64,000 nt of DNA. It comes from Alphaproteobacteria bacterium (GTDB lineage Bacteria > Pseudomonadota > Alphaproteobacteria > UBA2966). The DNA lies in assembly GCA_964291395.2 (NCBI GenBank), contig OZ219856.1, forward strand, positions 736,001 to 800,000. Direction: 5' to 3'. A program made the position numbers and the translations under genes. Numbering within the stretch: the stretch's first letter is position 1; the number at the start of each line of letters is the position of its first letter. The notes beneath the pieces were generated by a model. It had not been told where the DNA came from and ran no database searches. It saw only the letters and a list, made by a program, of their open reading frames with translations. Below, in pieces: positions 21,581 through 31,710 of this stretch.

Positions 21581-22542
21581 TTGAGGCGGAAGGACACGGG
21601 GACGTCCACGGCGCCGGAGGCCGCCTCGCCGTTGACCATCGCCGGCAGGAATCGCCATTTGTCCATCGCCCGGCGTGCGGCCTCGTCGAGAAGCCGGTGG
21701 CCGCTGCTCTTTGCGATCGCCACGTGTTTCACGGCGCCCGTGCGATCCACGTCAACCCGCAACAGGACGCGGCCTTCCAGCCCCAACCGTCGGGCCGCCA
21801 GGGGGTATCCTGGCGGGCGATTTTCCGCGGCGACTCGAACGCCGCGGGTGATTCCCGTCGGTATCTTCGCGGGCCGCCGGACATCCGCGACCTGAAGTGA
21901 CGCGTCGACGGACGTTTCCGGCCGCGGCTCGCCCGTGAGGAACTGCGATGCCGCCAAGGGTCCGCCCTGTCCCGTATCCGGCGATTTGTCCGACGGTACG
22001 GGTGTGGCGGACATATCCACCTGATCCGGCATCCCGTCGATGCCGTTATCCGAAGCCACCCCTGTCGGGCGGCGGATATCGACATCCGGACCGACGGGAG
22101 AGCTGACGTCATCGACGACTGCCGTGACGTCGGATTCGGGACGGGTCCGCGCCGGCGGCGGTTCGGACAGGACGGCCGGTTCGATCCTCGGGATTGGGGG
22201 TTTGATCCGCGGCAGGCGGTCCGCATTGCCGGACGATCGGTCGTCGCGTGGAATCCCGGCGCTCGGCGAGGGCGCGGCGTCCGGCGGCACGGGCCGCCTC
22301 GACGACGCCGGCTCGGGCGATATATCTGGCGCGACGTCCGGTGGTGGCGGACCCGCCGGAGTTTTCGCCGAGGGTGCCGGTTCGTCGAGGAGTACGAGCT
22401 CTACCATGATCGACGGCGGACCTTCGGGCGGGAGGGTGTTCTCGAGGTCGATAACGATCGCCGCGGCCGCGGCGTGACCGGCCAACGATACGGTCGCTGC
22501 CGTCAACCAGTTCCCCGTGGCGTTGCCGGGAATCACGTTCAC
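21577..22542 (-). CDS. tonB: TonB family energy transducer
   Basis: N-terminal TM (S..H), Pro-rich linker, YP..ARRLGLEGRV..SSG..LDEAA..W.F.PA. Confidence 0.88.
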   Translation of the reverse strand: MNVIPGNATGNWLTAATVSLAGHAAAAAIVIDLENTLPPEGPPSIMVELVLLDEPAPSAKTPAGPPPPDVAPDISPEPASSRRPVPPDAAPSPSAGIPRDDRSSGNADRLPRIKPPIPRIEPAVLSEPPPARTRPESDVTAVVDDVSSPVGPDVDIRRPTGVASDNGIDGMPDQVDMSATPVPSDKSPDTGQGGPLAASQFLTGEPRPETSVDASLQVADVRRPAKIPTGITRGVRVAAENRPPGYPLAARRLGLEGRVLLRVDVDRTGAVKHVAIAKSSGHRLLDEAARRAMDKWRFLPAMVNGEAASGAVDVPVSFRLN

Positions 22543-23333
22543 GATGCCTCGTCCCGGGCGTCCAGGCGCCGCCAGGGCACCACCAGGTTTCCGGCACTGG
22601 TGGAGGCGGTGATCGTCTCGACACCGTAGACCTCGCCGACGATGTCGGATGTCAGAACCTCCTCGGGGTTCCCGTCACGAACGATGCCTCCGTTCGCGAT
22701 GAGCACGATCTCGTCGCAGAAACGGGCGGCCAGGGTCAGATCGTGGAGGACCGGTACGACGATCCGATCACCTGCCGCGAACTCCCGGAGGAGCTCCATG
22801 ACCCGGAGCTGGTGGTAGGGGTCGAGCGAGGAAATCGGCTCGTCCGCGAGCAGCACTTCAGGGTCGCCGGCAAGGGCGCGGGCGATGAGGACCCGCGCCC
22901 GTTCGCCGCTGGATAGGGATGAAATCACCCGATCCGACAGGTGAAGAACCTCGGTTCGGCTCATTGCGGCTTCCGTCATCCGGGCATCGGCATCGTCCGA
23001 ACCCCGCCAGGGGCTGGCGTGGGGGATGCGCCCGAGCATGACCAATCGGTCGACGCGCAACGGCCAGTGGACCGGCGCGTCCGCGGGCAGGTAGGCGATG
23101 CGTTCGGCGCGGTTTGCGCGTGGGATGGCCGCCAGCTCGATATCCCCGAGTCTGACGGTGCCGCGGTCGGGTGCCATGAGTCCGCTCAAGACGCGCAAGA
23201 GCGTGGTCTTGCCGGCGCCGTTGGGTCCGACGAGGCCGACGACCCGGCCGCGCCGGGCGGTGAAATCCACGCCGTCCAGCACCCTGCGTCCGCCGCGGGA
23301 GACGGCCAGGTCTCGCGTGACGAGCCCGCTCAT
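22539..23333 (-). CDS. Cobalamin/Fe-siderophore ABC transporter ATPase (BtuD-like)
   Basis: GPNGAGKT, LSSGE, LLADEP. Confidence 0.9.
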   Translation of the reverse strand: MSGLVTRDLAVSRGGRRVLDGVDFTARRGRVVGLVGPNGAGKTTLLRVLSGLMAPDRGTVRLGDIELAAIPRANRAERIAYLPADAPVHWPLRVDRLVMLGRIPHASPWRGSDDADARMTEAAMSRTEVLHLSDRVISSLSSGERARVLIARALAGDPEVLLADEPISSLDPYHQLRVMELLREFAAGDRIVVPVLHDLTLAARFCDEIVLIANGGIVRDGNPEEVLTSDIVGEVYGVETITASTSAGNLVVPWRRLDARDEAS

Positions 23334-24394
23334 GCCAGCGTTCTCCGCGTGCGCACGATCAGATGGAGAAAGAAGGGCGCGCCGATCAGCGCGGTGACGA
23401 CGCCCAGACGTAGTTCGTGCGTCACCGGCAGAAGGCGAGCCGCCAGGTCGGCGGCCACGAGCAGTGCCGCCCCTCCCAGCCCGCTCGCGATCAGCAGGCG
23501 GCCGGGTTCATGGCCGACGAAGGGGCGCAGGAGATGAGGGACGACGAGGCCGACGAAACCGATGACGCCGCTCACCGCCACTCCCGCTCCCACGCAGCAG
23601 GCCGCGCCCAGGACGATTCGGGCCCGGACACGCGACAAATTGAACCCCAGAGATCGTGCCACGTCGTCACCGAGAGTGAGGGCGTCGAGCGGCCGAGCCG
23701 CCGTGGCCAACAGAAACCATCCGATCAGCGTAAGCGGCAGCGCGACCCGAACGTGCGAGAAGCTTCGATCGGCGAGGGATCCGAGAAGCCAGAACACGGC
23801 TTCGATGACGGCATAGGGACTGGGCGCCAGGTTGAGCGCAAGCGAGATCAACGCGCCGGCGAACGCGTTCACGGCGACGCCCGCAAGGATGAGCGTGAGG
23901 GGGCCGGCATCGCGTCCGGCTAGGGCGAGCAGGAGCGCCACCGCCGCCGCGGCCCCCGCCATCGCCGCGAGCGGAACCATGAGGTCGGACCCGGCCGCCA
24001 GCCCGAAGTAGATGACGATGACCGCGCCCAACCCCGCGCTGCTCGAGACGCCGATCACGCCGGGATCCGCCAGCGGGTTGCGCAGCAAGCCTTGGAGGGC
24101 AGCGCCCGCGAGGCCGAGGCTGCCCCCGACGATGACCCCAAGCAAGGCGCGTGGCAAGCGGATTTCCACGAGGATCAGGCCCAGCATTCCCGGATCATCG
24201 CCGAACGCCCCTGCCAGCGTTCGGATCAGCGGCAAGGACACGTGCCCTGTCGCGAGCGACGCGGTGAACAGCGCCACAACCAGGATCGACAGGACGATCA
24301 GCAGACGCGCGGATTCCGTGCCCAGGGGCTTCCGCGCCGCGGCCGGCGGTCGTCGGGTATCCGGTCCGCCATCATCCGTTTCCGAGGCTCTCAC
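23330..24394 (-). CDS. FecCD/BtuC-type ABC permease
   Basis: IRLPRALL, LRNPLADP, GFVGLVVPH; GTG start overlaps upstream stop. Confidence 0.9.
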   Translation of the reverse strand: MRASETDDGGPDTRRPPAAARKPLGTESARLLIVLSILVVALFTASLATGHVSLPLIRTLAGAFGDDPGMLGLILVEIRLPRALLGVIVGGSLGLAGAALQGLLRNPLADPGVIGVSSSAGLGAVIVIYFGLAAGSDLMVPLAAMAGAAAAVALLLALAGRDAGPLTLILAGVAVNAFAGALISLALNLAPSPYAVIEAVFWLLGSLADRSFSHVRVALPLTLIGWFLLATAARPLDALTLGDDVARSLGFNLSRVRARIVLGAACCVGAGVAVSGVIGFVGLVVPHLLRPFVGHEPGRLLIASGLGGAALLVAADLAARLLPVTHELRLGVVTALIGAPFFLHLIVRTRRTLA

Positions 24395-25230
24395 GGCCGC
24401 GCCTCCATCAGCAGTTCCACCGCTTCCGCGAGCATGGGGCCCGGACATACCCAGAGGCGGGTGGGAACCCGGATTAGCGTCTTGCCCTTCATCAGCCTTG
24501 CAAAAGCGGGGTGACGGAGCCCCTCTTCGGCGATCGAGCCGCCGCCGTCTCCGAGGGAGCTCAGGATCAATACCTCGGGATTGGAGGCCATCAATCGCTC
24601 CATCGGAAGGACAGCGGTTCCCGTCACCCCGAGTTCGGCGACCTTGTTCCGGAAACCGGCGGCAGTGAGAATGGAATGCACGGGTGTCCCGCTGCCCGCG
24701 GTGTATCCGTTCGGGAGGTAAAAGGCGGCGGTTCGTCGGTCGGCGGACGCGGCAAGCCTGGCCCGCTCCAGCCGTCGGTCCATATCCGACAGAAGCGCGT
24801 TGCCCCGTTCCTCCTCTTCCAGGATCGCTGCGAGGTGACGGACCTGGGCGCGGATTCCCGGGAAATCCTCGGGCAGGTCGAGGATGACCACGCGATAGCC
24901 CGTGCGCTTCAGGAAGGCGACCGACCCTTGCGACGTGAAGCGTCCCGCGAGTATCAGGTCGGGTTCGAGCGGAAGAATTTCCTCGACACGCCCGTGCGTT
25001 GCCGGGAAATCGCGGGCGACCGATGCCATGTACGAGTTGACGGGGTCGTGCGACAGGTAACTGACCGCAGCTATGTTGGGAGCCTGCGCGAGCATCAGGA
25101 CGAGCTGGTCCGTACAGAGGTTGAGTGAGACGATTCGCTGGGGTTTCGCATTCGCCACACCCGCGAGACATCCCGCGAGAAGGATGGCGGCAAGGAATCG
25201 CGAGCCGAAACGAAGGATGCCTGCCGCCAT
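24391..25230 (-). CDS. BtuF-like ABC substrate-binding protein
   Basis: Signal peptide, PQRIVSLNLCTDQL, WVCPGP. Confidence 0.88.
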   Translation of the reverse strand: MAAGILRFGSRFLAAILLAGCLAGVANAKPQRIVSLNLCTDQLVLMLAQAPNIAAVSYLSHDPVNSYMASVARDFPATHGRVEEILPLEPDLILAGRFTSQGSVAFLKRTGYRVVILDLPEDFPGIRAQVRHLAAILEEEERGNALLSDMDRRLERARLAASADRRTAAFYLPNGYTAGSGTPVHSILTAAGFRNKVAELGVTGTAVLPMERLMASNPEVLILSSLGDGGGSIAEEGLRHPAFARLMKGKTLIRVPTRLWVCPGPMLAEAVELLMEARP

Positions 25231-25242
25231 CGTCGCCGGCCT

Positions 25243-27159
25243 CTAGAACCCCGCCCGAACGCCCGCGTGGACCGCGCGGCCGGGAGTGCCGTAGGTCACG
25301 ACCTCCTCGTATTCGCGGTCGAGCAGGTTCTCGCCCCGAACGTAGATCTCGATGCCGGGTCCGACCTGATAGCCGGCGACGATCTTGAACAGCGTGAAGC
25401 TTTCGAGACGAACCCTGGTGGCTGGGAAGGAATCGAAATTGAGGTCGGCACGCTCGCCGTTGAAATCGATGCCGACGTTCACCCAGCCCGGACGGTCCCC
25501 GAACTCGAACGCGTAGTTCGCGTTCAGGCTGGCGATATGCTTGGGCCGGCGGACCAGTTCCGAGCCGTTTGCATCCTGCCCGACCGACCAGGTGTAGGTT
25601 CCCGACAACGTCAGACCGTCGCCGGGCTGCCACGTTCCGGCAAGCTCGACGCCGTAGGTCCCGCTGGTGCCCGGGAGATTCACCGCCGTGTCGCCAAAGC
25701 CCTGGATCAGGTCGGTAACGTCGGTCTCGAAGTACGTGACGTCGAGGATCGCCTCGCCGCCGGGCAGCGACTGCTCGAGACCGGCATCCCAGCCTGTCGC
25801 GGTTTCCGGGGACAGGTTCGGGTTGCCCCTGAAGCCGGACGCGAACCCGAACAGCTCGAAGATCGTCGGGTTCTTGGCCCCTTCGCCGTAGCTCGCATGG
25901 AACCGTGTCCCCCACGGCGCGTGTTCGTACGCCCCCGTGATTCGGTAGGTGCGGGTGTCGTCGAAAAGGTCCGCGTCGTCATGTCGGCCGGCCAGGGAGA
26001 CGTGGATCGAGTCGAGCAGGTCGAGCCTGTACTCCGCGACGTACCCCACGTTCGCGACGTCGCGGTCGACGTCCAGGAAGGCGCTCCTCGAAACGACGTT
26101 CTCTTCCTCCCGCTCCGCCGCCAACGTCACGGAGTGTTCGGCGCCCGCCGCTCCGGGTGTGCCGAAACGCAGGCTCGTCTGGTAGTCGAACTTCCGTTTC
26201 TCGCCTTCGAATACGCTGTCGAAGGCGCCGTTCTGGAAGTTCTTGCGGTGGCTGTTCGTGAGCCCCGCGCTCACCTCGTGAGTCCAGAGGCCGTCGAGCG
26301 TGGATAGGGCGGCGGACCCGCGATGGTACCGCTTGACGGAGCTCGTCCGGGACTCGGTATCGGTGAGACCCGTGCCGAAGACGAAACTGTCCGTCTCCAA
26401 TTCGGCGTCCGTCCACCGCCCCACCAGGTCGAGGCGCGCGTTCGGCGATGGCGAGAGACCCGCCTTGACGTGAACGGTACGGTTGCGATGGCCGTCCTGC
26501 TCGTCGTTGCCCCGCCACTCGCTCGCCATCGAGACGCCGTCCGTGTGAACGCCCACGGCATGCGCGGCGAAGTGGTAGCGGTCGCTTCCGGTGCGGAAGC
26601 CCGCAACGCCGCGCGCCGTACGAAAGGACCCGGCCTCGGTCCCGACGGAAATTTGAGGTTTGCCGCGTCCCCGTCGGGTAACGACGTTGACGACGCCGCC
26701 GATCGCGTCGCTGCCCCACAGTGCGCTTTGGGGCCCGCGAAGCACTTCGATGCGCTCGATTTCGTTCGCAAGGAGATTTCCGAAGTCGAATTCGGATCCG
26801 TTCGCCGGATCGCCCACCTCGATCCCATCGATCAGAACGAGGGTCTGGTTCGCTTCCGCGCCCCGGATGCGAACCTGCGTCTGGGCTCCGACGTTTCCCG
26901 TGCGACTGACGGCGACGCCGGGAACCTCCCGGAGGATTTCGCCGACGAAACGGTCCTGCTTGGCGTCGATGTCGTTGCCGTCGATGACGGTCATGGCGCT
27001 GCCGACCGCCGGGGACGGGACGGGTATCCGGCTGGCGGTTACCACGACTTCCGGCAACATCTCGACCTGCGCCGACAGGTGCTCCGAAGTGGCGCCGAGG
27101 ATTGCCGACGCGCCGGCCAGGACAAGCGGAAGACGCGCAAATTTGCTATCGAATTTCAT
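25243..27159 (-). CDS. btuB: TonB-dependent cobalamin receptor
   Basis: EVVVTASR TonB box, LVLIDG, RIEVLRGPQSALWGSDAIGGV, C-terminal F; downstream of B12 riboswitch. Confidence 0.88.
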   Translation of the reverse strand: MKFDSKFARLPLVLAGASAILGATSEHLSAQVEMLPEVVVTASRIPVPSPAVGSAMTVIDGNDIDAKQDRFVGEILREVPGVAVSRTGNVGAQTQVRIRGAEANQTLVLIDGIEVGDPANGSEFDFGNLLANEIERIEVLRGPQSALWGSDAIGGVVNVVTRRGRGKPQISVGTEAGSFRTARGVAGFRTGSDRYHFAAHAVGVHTDGVSMASEWRGNDEQDGHRNRTVHVKAGLSPSPNARLDLVGRWTDAELETDSFVFGTGLTDTESRTSSVKRYHRGSAALSTLDGLWTHEVSAGLTNSHRKNFQNGAFDSVFEGEKRKFDYQTSLRFGTPGAAGAEHSVTLAAEREEENVVSRSAFLDVDRDVANVGYVAEYRLDLLDSIHVSLAGRHDDADLFDDTRTYRITGAYEHAPWGTRFHASYGEGAKNPTIFELFGFASGFRGNPNLSPETATGWDAGLEQSLPGGEAILDVTYFETDVTDLIQGFGDTAVNLPGTSGTYGVELAGTWQPGDGLTLSGTYTWSVGQDANGSELVRRPKHIASLNANYAFEFGDRPGWVNVGIDFNGERADLNFDSFPATRVRLESFTLFKIVAGYQVGPGIEIYVRGENLLDREYEEVVTYGTPGRAVHAGVRAGF

Positions 27160-27349
27160 GGATGGCTCCCGAACTGATCTGTGTTGGACACGGCGAAAGC
27201 CGTGCCGCGGCCGAGAGCCGGTCGGCGAGGTCGTGGAGTCCCTGTTGCTATCATCGACGGCCCGTTCGCGGCGACACGCTTGCTTTCCGTTCGTCGCCAC
27301 CAACGGCAGTCCGTCCCGACGAAGTAACCCCGTTCACCGGTTGGGCGAC

Positions 27350-27530
27350 GTGCGGCGGCAGGTCTCCTGGCTCGCGGGTTGTTGCGGGTCGCTCGCCTTC
27401 CCGGTTTCCCAGTGGCAATCGTGAGCGCCGGCTATCCGCTTACAGTTGCGGGGGCAGCCGCGGACTCGATCCCGAAGGAATCTCACCGCGTTCCCTTTTT
27501 ATCCCCAACGGGGGAACCACCACGCCACGG
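27350..27530 (-). promoter_or_regulatory. Cobalamin riboswitch
   Basis: Minus strand: AAAAGGGAACGCGGTG...GCTGCCCCCGCAACTGTAA...GCCACTGGGAAACCGGGAAGGC...GAGCCAGGAGACCTGCC (B12 box). Confidence 0.95.
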
Positions 27531-27639
27531 AGCGTATACGTGGACTTCCGTACGAGCAAGAATTTGTCCTGTCGGCTGCCCGAAAGAGACAGATTGCAGG
27601 GAATTCGTAATACTTTCGAAATGTTTTCTTTGTCGGTAC

Positions 27640-27684
27640 GAAATGATATTTCCATTGGACGTCGATAATGGAACATATATTTCA
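27640..27684. promoter_or_regulatory. AT-rich dyads upstream of malate synthase, IclR-operator-like
   Basis: GAAATGATATTTCCA and TTCCATT-N10-AATGGAA. Confidence 0.4.
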
Positions 27685-27842
27685 ACATTCGCTTAAGTCG
27701 GAAAGGCTGCAGGGGGGCAACCTCTTGTAAGGGTTGATCTCAATCGGTTGAATACGGCGCCGATTTTGAGAGTGGGTGGATCGTACCCGAATTGAGCCGG
27801 CGTGCCGGCGCGATCTCGATGGAAATTTCAAGGGGGTTGGAG

Positions 27843-29468
<1,626 letters not shown>

Positions 29469-29611
29469 GGTGTAGCGCGGCGGCCAGTGCCGGCAAGGCC
29501 GGTGACGATCTCCGGGCGCCGGCTGTAGCGAGTCGAATCTCTGGAGTCGTTGCGAGCGGTTCGCGGTTGGACTCCAACGGATCGACCCCTGAAACCGGCG
29601 TTGAAACCCCT

Positions 29612-29963
29612 TCAGGCGTCCGCCTACCAGCTTCCGGATGGACTCGACCTTGGCCGACGTCCGTCCGCCGAACGTCGCCACTTGGATGGTCACTGGGATG
29701 TTCGCCAGATCCGCGAGCTCGACATCCCGTCCGCCCATTCCCAAGACCACGAGGATATCGAGCAGCTCCTTCTCCGTGACCGGGTGCGGATGGTTCCATG
29801 TGCGGCCCTCGGCCTTGAACGAGAAGGTGATGTCGTAGCCGCCGTCCTCTGCCTCGGCGACCGATGCGATGGTGCCGGTGTGGCTGCCCATCGGCGGGAC
29901 CGAACCCTTCTTCGGCGCCCACGCCTTCTTCGGCCTGGACCTCGTCGGTACTGTCAACGTCAT
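29612..29963 (-). CDS. Terminal phage gene, possible DUF669/OB-fold ssDNA-binding-like protein; stop apparently lost by a 1-nt indel near 29625
   Basis: ATGA-coupled to upstream gene; PMGSHTGTIASV..YDITFSF..LLDILVVLG..ELADLANIPVTIQV; frame then runs antisense through aceB. Confidence 0.45.
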
Positions 29964-31132
29964 CGGTTTCTCTCCCTGCTGCGTTCCACGAGATCGGGCG
30001 GCAGCCCGTACACGGCCGTGAGCTGCGGCGGCGACGGCGGCCAGAGGTAGCCCACGTCCGACCGGAATATCAGCGCATCGCCGGGCTGCATCGTCACCAG
30101 GCCGTGGCCCTCGATCGTGATGCCCGTGAAGTTGTCCGGGTTCAGGCACACCACGACCCTGACACGGTGGGTCTCGCTCTCCGCAAGGTCCACCGCCCAG
30201 CCGGCCGCTCCACGGGCGAAGCCGATGGCGGACCGGTGTTCGTGCCCGGCGAAGGCGCAACCGGAGATCATGCCAGGCGTCGCATCCGCCACGATCCTGC
30301 GCAGTCGGCTGGTGAGCCAGCTCGGCGGTCCCGATGCCTCGGTGTCGACGACGGTCCGGCACTCGCCAGCGGACAACAGGCTCGGGAACAGAAAGTGCGT
30401 GCGGGGTTCGTGGGCCAGGCGCTGGCTGGTGCAGCCGGCCTCCATCAGGTGCTCCACGTCGCCGAGGCGGGGTCGGCCGCCGAGCTCATCCAGGCCGGCA
30501 TCGGCCAATAGGTCGATCTCCCTCGACGAGTGCGTGCGCACCGGCTCGAAGGTGGAATACCGCATGAACAGCATTCTCCCTTCCCGTCCCGGATAGGGCG
30601 GCCGCCAGTGATGCACGTCGTGCCCGGCGAACAGCAGCGCCCGATCGGCCGAGGAATTGTCGAGCACGTCGACGGCGCCGTCCGGCCTCTCGACGTGGAG
30701 CGGCCAGCCGCCGTCGACGTCGAGTGCTGCGGGCCACGAGAGGAGGTATTTCGAGCCGGCGCCGATGTCCCGGTGCCGGGTCATGGCGACCCCGGCGAGC
30801 GTCACCAGCACGCCGGCGTAGCTCAGCCAGGCGCGGCGCTCCAGAACACGCGACACCTCGCCCTCGAGCGCGCGGCCGACGGCCGCCACGACCGGCTCGC
30901 TGTTGCACCACCAGCCGCCGGGATAGCTGTTGCTGAGCGGATAGCTGCCCGGGCGGTCGCGGTACGGCAGGGCCGCCGCCCAGCGCCGGACGCCCTCGTA
31001 CATGCCGGAAGGCAAGGCCGATCGCACGTCGACCCATTCCCGCGTCGCGTCGGCCTCCGGGTGGTTCGCGCCGCCGAACAGCTCGTCCATGCTCCCGACG
31101 TAGGACTGAAAGGCGGACCGGTCGAACGTCAT
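29960..31132 (-). CDS. 2OG-Fe(II) oxygenase-like protein with a second degenerate domain
   Basis: SYA..MTRHRD (HxD)..WPL..LLFAGHDVHHWRPPYPG..LFMRY; C-half LLSAGEC..VVCLN..PGDALIF. Confidence 0.65.
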   Translation of the reverse strand: MTFDRSAFQSYVGSMDELFGGANHPEADATREWVDVRSALPSGMYEGVRRWAAALPYRDRPGSYPLSNSYPGGWWCNSEPVVAAVGRALEGEVSRVLERRAWLSYAGVLVTLAGVAMTRHRDIGAGSKYLLSWPAALDVDGGWPLHVERPDGAVDVLDNSSADRALLFAGHDVHHWRPPYPGREGRMLFMRYSTFEPVRTHSSREIDLLADAGLDELGGRPRLGDVEHLMEAGCTSQRLAHEPRTHFLFPSLLSAGECRTVVDTEASGPPSWLTSRLRRIVADATPGMISGCAFAGHEHRSAIGFARGAAGWAVDLAESETHRVRVVVCLNPDNFTGITIEGHGLVTMQPGDALIFRSDVGYLWPPSPPQLTAVYGLPPDLVERSRERNR

Positions 31133-31710
31133 GACGCTGCCGGACGCCAAACCGTGGCGCTGTGGTAGTCGATGGCCTCGAGCTCGGCCAACGTCGTGGC
31201 GGCTTTCACCTTGGCCTCGAGGGCATGGCAGACGCCGATCATCCGCTTGCGCTCGGCATCCTTGAGCGCGCTCTCTGCGGCCGACAGCGAGAAGCGCGCC
31301 TCCCATTCCTTGTTGCGGTCGTGGGCGGCCTCCGGGTGGTAGATCCGGGCGATGTTCCGCGCCGCATAGACGTTCACGACCTCCGGCAGGAACGTGTCCT
31401 TCATCCATTGCCGGTAGACGGCCGTCGCCTTCGCCCAGGTGGGCTTGGGCCCCACGTCGACGGATTCGCGGCTCCAGCCCCAGGTGCCGTCGGCGTTCCA
31501 GACCGGCGTGATGACGGGGTCCCACGACAGGACCTTCCACTTTTCCGCGGTGAGCTCCCAATCCTCGATCGTCTCGAGGTCGGGGAAGGGCCCGGTCGTC
31601 GGCGCCGTCCAGTCCGTGCCGGGGTCCGGCGTGACCAGGCCCGACACTTCCAGCCCTCCGCCGTCCCGAAGCGCCTGCTTGACCCGCCGCCATTTCCTTC
31701 GCGTCGCCAT
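31129..31710 (-). CDS. Putative tail-fibre assembly chaperone
   Basis: Follows fibre; C-terminal LEAKVKAATTLAELEAI motif. Confidence 0.5.
   Translation of the reverse strand: MATRRKWRRVKQALRDGGGLEVSGLVTPDPGTDWTAPTTGPFPDLETIEDWELTAEKWKVLSWDPVITPVWNADGTWGWSRESVDVGPKPTWAKATAVYRQWMKDTFLPEVVNVYAARNIARIYHPEAAHDRNKEWEARFSLSAAESALKDAERKRMIGVCHALEAKVKAATTLAELEAIDYHSATVWRPAAS

Noticed and set aside
23330-25915. Over-long ORF-track starts (also 678, 7300, 10197, 49331, 61349)
   Set aside because: Upstream parts overlap neighbouring genes or lack homology; real starts are internal, so these are not fusions.
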